A DNA stretch of 64,000 nucleotides from an uncultured delta proteobacterium (GTDB taxonomy: Bacteria; Desulfobacterota; Binatia; Binatales; Binataceae), in the NCBI GenBank assembly GCA_963808235.1, contig CAWEEQ010000004.1, positions 96,001-160,000 of the forward strand, in the 5' to 3' direction. Position 1 is the first letter of the stretch. Each line of letters begins with the position of its first letter. This document shows, piece after piece, positions 59,883-64,000 of the stretch. The notes under the pieces are model-generated. The model worked only from the letters and a program-made list of their open reading frames with translations, was not told the origin of the DNA and ran no database searches. The translations under genes and the position numbers were made by a program.

Positions 59883-60573
59883 AATGTACGTTCGCCGAAG
59901 ACCGCGCGTCCGACCCGCACGATCGTCGCGCCTTCCTCGATAGCGATTTCGAAGTCGTCGCTCATTCCCATCGAAAGCTCGCTTAGCGCAAGCCCGGTTT
60001 GTATCGCAAACCGATCGCGCATCTCGCGCAGCCGCGCAAAGTACGGGCGCGCGAGTTCCGGAGTCGCGGCGGGCGGTGGAATCGTCATCAAGCCGACGAT
60101 TTCGATCTTGCCGCGCGAACTTTCGAGCAGCTGCGCGACGGCCTCTGGCGCGACGCCGGTTTTGGAGGATTCCGCGCCGAGATTTACTTCGACGAGACCG
60201 CGGACCGGGTGACGAACCCGCGCGCGCGAGCGCGTCGAGCCAGGCGCACCGAATCGATACTGTGGATGAGTGTGAATGCCGACGCGGCGAGCTTCGCCTT
60301 GTTGCTCTGCAGATGGCCGATCAGATGCCATCGGATGTCGGCGAGGTCGGTTAGCTCGGCGCGCTTCGAGAGCGCCTCCTGCACGTAGTTCTCGCCGAAG
60401 TCGCGAGCGCCCGCCTCGTATGCGGCGCGGATCGCGGCGGGCGGCTTGCGTCTTGCTGGCGAGCACGAGGCGAATCGAGGACGGGTCGCGATGAGCGCGG
60501 CGCGCGGCCGTTCGATGCGCTCACGGACGACTTGCAGACGAGTCGCGATTTCGTTTTCGCCGTTTGATCGCAT
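59879..60573 (-). CDS. yggS: PLP homeostasis protein YggS, frameshifted
   Basis: [59 protein letters not shown] across frames. Confidence 0.92.
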
Positions 60574-61166
60574 CGTCGTGAAAATTCGGCCTGCCGGCAG
60601 TTGCCGCGTTAGCGCGGCGACGACTTGTGTCGGTCGGCAGGCCCATCACGTTGTCGCGCGATCCTTCGAGATGAGAAATGAATCCTGCGCCGAGGCCCTG
60701 GATTCCGTATGCGCCGGCCTTGTCGAAGGGTTCGCCGGTTGCGATGTACGCGTCGATTTCGGCCTCTGCGAGAGTGCGAAACGTGACGCGGCTTTCGATC
60801 GCGGCGCTTTCGAGGATGTCGCCATCGCGGGACAGTGCGAATGCGGTGATCACGATGTGGGTGCGGCCGGAAAGCGTCGAGAGCATCCGGCGCGCTTCGT
60901 CGGGCGACGCGGGTTTTTCGAGAATCGCGCCATCGCATACGACGATCGTATCGGCGCCGATGACGATTGCGCCGGGGGACTCTGATGGAGACGGCGCGGG
61001 ATTTTTCTTGGGCCATTCGGAGTGCGTAGTCGCGCGCGGGTTCGCCGTCGGCGTGCAACTCGGGGATGCCGCTTTCGATCACTTCGAAGGTGAGTCCGGC
61101 TGCGGTGAGCAATTGGCGGCGGCGCGGGGAGCCGGAAGCGAGAATGATTTTGGGTGACGAGGGCAT
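60570..61166 (-). CDS. maf: Maf family nucleotide pyrophosphatase, frameshifted
   Basis: IILASGSPRRRQLL, IGADTIV, LSGRTH, DKAGAYGIQG, NVMGLP; 3' end approximate. Confidence 0.9.
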
Positions 61167-61585
61167 GGTCGATTCAGAGTAGTTGTCAGACCGCGGGTGC
61201 GCTCGCAAGACGGGCGGGATGTAGGTGCTGGGTTCGAGTTTGAAAATGGGAAATGTCTCAGGGCAATTATCGCGCGATCGCTGGAATCGGGTAAGGCTGA
61301 ACAGTTCATCCCTGAAGTTTCGTGGCTATCCGGAGAAGTAGATTGGCTAATGGGATTCGGACCAGACCGCTACGCGCGGGGCGGCAGGGGTGACCCCTGC
61401 ACCCATCGTCCATTCAATCGCAAAGCAGCCCACAGAGCGCGGACGGTATTTTGCTCTCGGTCTGGGGGAAAGGGTGATTCGCTCGGGACCGGTTCATTTT
61501 TGCGGAGCGGGGGCGAAAGGAGGAGTGCTGCGGTCCGGGCGGACGCGAGTTCGGCTTCCCGCACTCCTTCCCGAGAAGCATTGAG

Positions 61586-61831
61586 TTAGTTTGCGCGGCT
61601 CGGTTTTCGGAATTGCTTTGCGCAATAACGGCATTCGTAAACCGGCTTTGCTTCGGGGACCGATTTGTCCATGGCTCCGTATGGCATATCTGATTACCAA
61701 TCGACTTCGGCTTCTCGGTAGTCTTCCGCGACGCCATCATCCGTCCAGCGCGCAACCGGATAGAGCACAACGCACCATGACAATTCGGCGATTTCGGAAT
61801 CTCCACAATACGGGCAGACAAATTCGTTCAA
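61586..61831 (-). pseudogene. Small double-CxxC zinc-finger protein with internal TAA
   Basis: AGAGGG RBS, TTG start; FVCPYCG...EVDW*SDMPYG...YECRYCAKQF all in one frame, stop at 61694. Confidence 0.6.
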
Positions 61832-61984
61832 TGTTTTCCCTCTTTGCGTTGACCCACAGAAAAGAAGGGTTCCACATATGATAACCGCTGGAGGTCGGTC
61901 TCTTCGAGACCATGAACATTTGCACCCTGCGGTCGCGGCGAGCATAAATGAGGTTGGCCTAGGCGGTGCTAGCCGGGAGGGTGG

Positions 61985-63406
61985 GTGAAGGGTTTTGTTC
62001 CAACGCCAAGTGAGACGGTAGACCTGATGGTTGACCGTCTCTTTTTGAACCGCCGCCCTGCGTCAAATGCGTTGGTTCTGGATCCCGGTTGCGGCCATGG
62101 CGAGTTCATCGACGGTATTATTCGTTGGTGCGCAAAACACCGCGCGGGTGTCCCTCGAATTGTAGGAATAGAGTCAAATCCAAAGCACGCAGATATTGCA
62201 CGGGCGCGATTCGGGAAGTGTTCCTCGGTTGAAATCCGGGACTCGGATTTCTTGGCGGACGCGCAGCCGGAAACATACGACTTCATACTGGGCAATCCGC
62301 CGTATGTACCGATCACGGAGCTCTCCGAGCGCGAAAAGCACTATTACCGGGAACGATTCGAAACGGCGACTGGAAGATTCGATCTCTATCTGTTGTTCTT
62401 CGAGCAAGCGCTGAAGCTTTTGAGTCCTACCGGTAGGTTGGTATTCATCACTCCCGAGAAATTCCTATACGTAGAGACTGCGCAGGCCCTTAGAAAGATT
62501 CTCGCGCGCAAGAATGTTGAAGAAATCCGGTTGATAAACGAATCGACTTTCGCGGAACTCGTCACCTATCCAACAATCACGACGATCTCGAACCAAGTGA
62601 GTCGGCCAAGTTCGACGCTAGCGATCCTGCGAAACGGCGTTGAAGTTAAAATAGTTCCGCCTGTGGACGGTTCCTCGTGGCTGCCCACCATGATGGGTCA
62701 CAACGGCAATTCCTCGGGTCTCACGCTGGAAGAGGTCTGTCTACGGATCAGCTGCGGAGTTGCCACGGGAGCAGATGACGTTTTTGTCAGGGTGGCGGAT
62801 ACTCTTCCCGCGAACCTGCGACGATTTGCGTATCCGACAATCGCGGGGCGCGAGATGGGCGATTTCAACGATGCCTTGGATTCTCGCAAGCTAATCTTGG
62901 TTCCATACGATCTCGATGGAACCCTGATTTCTGAAGATAAACTCGGGAAACTCAAAGATTATCTTTCGCAACCCGATATTCATTCCCAACTGATTCAACG
63001 AACGTGCGTTCGACGAAAGCTGTGGTACGCGTTCCACGAGACCCCGCCGCTCAACGACATTCTGCGGCCAAAGATCCTTTGCAAAGATATCACCGAACGG
63101 CCCAAGTTTTGGGTCGATCAGAAAGGCAAACTCGTCCCTCGCCATTCGGTCTATTACATTGTGCCGCGAGACCCGGCGGTCATCGAAGGCCTGTGTGACT
63201 ATTTGAATTCCAAATTCGTCGAGGAATGGCTGCGATCCCATTGCCAGCGAGTCGCCAACGGGTTTCTTAGACTACAGAGTCATGTCCTCAAGAGGCTTCC
63301 TGTGCCTCCCAAATTCGCTTCTCGGCGGAGAGCGACTCGAAGCCATCCTTCGGTCGGACGGCGGAGCGAGGATACGCGAACGGGAGAACTCGAATTCGGA
63401 CGATGA
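61985..63406 (+). CDS. N6-adenine DNA methyltransferase, gamma class (TaqI/Eco57I-like)
   Basis: FVPTP, VLDPGCGHGEF (motif I), ILGNPPY (motif IV), DLYLLFFE, C-terminal target-recognition region ending GFLRLQSHVLKRLPVP. Confidence 0.92.
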   Translation: MKGFVPTPSETVDLMVDRLFLNRRPASNALVLDPGCGHGEFIDGIIRWCAKHRAGVPRIVGIESNPKHADIARARFGKCSSVEIRDSDFLADAQPETYDFILGNPPYVPITELSEREKHYYRERFETATGRFDLYLLFFEQALKLLSPTGRLVFITPEKFLYVETAQALRKILARKNVEEIRLINESTFAELVTYPTITTISNQVSRPSSTLAILRNGVEVKIVPPVDGSSWLPTMMGHNGNSSGLTLEEVCLRISCGVATGADDVFVRVADTLPANLRRFAYPTIAGREMGDFNDALDSRKLILVPYDLDGTLISEDKLGKLKDYLSQPDIHSQLIQRTCVRRKLWYAFHETPPLNDILRPKILCKDITERPKFWVDQKGKLVPRHSVYYIVPRDPAVIEGLCDYLNSKFVEEWLRSHCQRVANGFLRLQSHVLKRLPVPPKFASRRRATRSHPSVGRRSEDTRTGELEFGR

Positions 63407-64000
63407 CAACGCCTTTCGATCTGGTCATAGACGAAATAAAAGCACGAGGATTTCACAACCACCGCAAGGAGGGACACTCCGACGCGCTTAGTCTTGGCAT
63501 CCTCAAGGATCTCGTTCGCACTTGCGAGCCTCTTCGCACTGATATTGAGAACCGCGCTGTCAGGTCTTGGCTTAATGTATCGGTACCGGGAAGGACAAGA
63601 GAGAACTGGACCTTCTCATAGGAGGAGCGCGAGAAGGTGACGAGAACTCGCCCGACCTGGAAAAAGTCAGAGTCTGCGTCGAGAATAAGTCAGTGGTCAC
63701 CGCTCACCGCAATCGCACCACCCGCTATACAGATCTGAGCGAAGTAATGAAGGCCGTTCACGCTGCCAGAGAAGAGGCGGTATTAGTAGCTACGGTGCTG
63801 ATCGGGATCGCGCAAAAGGTACTGAATGTTCCGGACCGAATAAAGCCAGCGTTTCGGAACAACCTCAAGAAATTCGAAAGGAAAGTTGTTCCAAGGCTTT
63901 CGTCGGGCGACGCCAGGCTTTGGAAGGAATTCCCGCTTGCGGTCAGTAAAAATCGACCGAACGATCCAAGAATTACAATGGAAAAATTTCGCGGACTCTC
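63403..64000 (+). CDS. Probable type II restriction endonuclease (PD-(D/E)xK), frameshifted, runs off window
   Basis: ATGA overlap with the MTase; after a shift near 63600 the frame reads ELDLLIGG...PDLEKVRVCVENKSVVTAHRNRTTRYTDL and stays open to the end. Confidence 0.7.

Noticed and set aside
61955-61970. GG-N10-GC motif upstream of the MTase
   Set aside because: Poor match beyond the dinucleotides, and the implied start would fall inside the RBS

Overview
High-GC bacterial chromosomal segment. Gene content resembles Candidatus Binatota or a related deltaproteobacteria-like lineage (inference). A perfect parS palindrome at 41070 suggests it lies near the origin. It has four parts. (1) 0.1-16.3 kb, accessory stress/envelope region: Nramp-like transporter, DUF4142, M23 peptidase, NHEJ genes ku-ligD, PqiA/A/B/C, two paralogous uncharacterised small proteins and an unannotated lipoprotein + small helical protein pair. 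Four near-consensus sigma54 promoters sit in front of these genes. (2) 16.4-22.3 kb, a decayed tRNA-Leu(CAA) island: degenerate 56-bp att repeat, remnant tyrosine-integrase C-terminus, and a beta-barrel + 7-PAS hybrid kinase cargo behind a fifth sigma54 promoter. (3) 22.5-61.2 kb, mostly core genes: a co-directional run of SBP56/methanethiol oxidase - His-rich membrane protein - two-component system - TolC/MFP/RND, then L,D-transpeptidase/YcbK, grxD-bolA, thiolase and CoA transferases, sulfatase, thiI, persulfide dioxygenase-rhodanese, oxoprolinase/hydantoinase and maf-yggS-proC-yggT-DUF167. (4) 61.2-64 kb, a lower-GC region with an interrupted Zn-finger microprotein and a type II restriction-modification pair. 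Many genes beyond 26 kb carry 1-nt frameshifts, most likely long-read assembly errors. All product calls come from motif recognition by eye; no database search was run.
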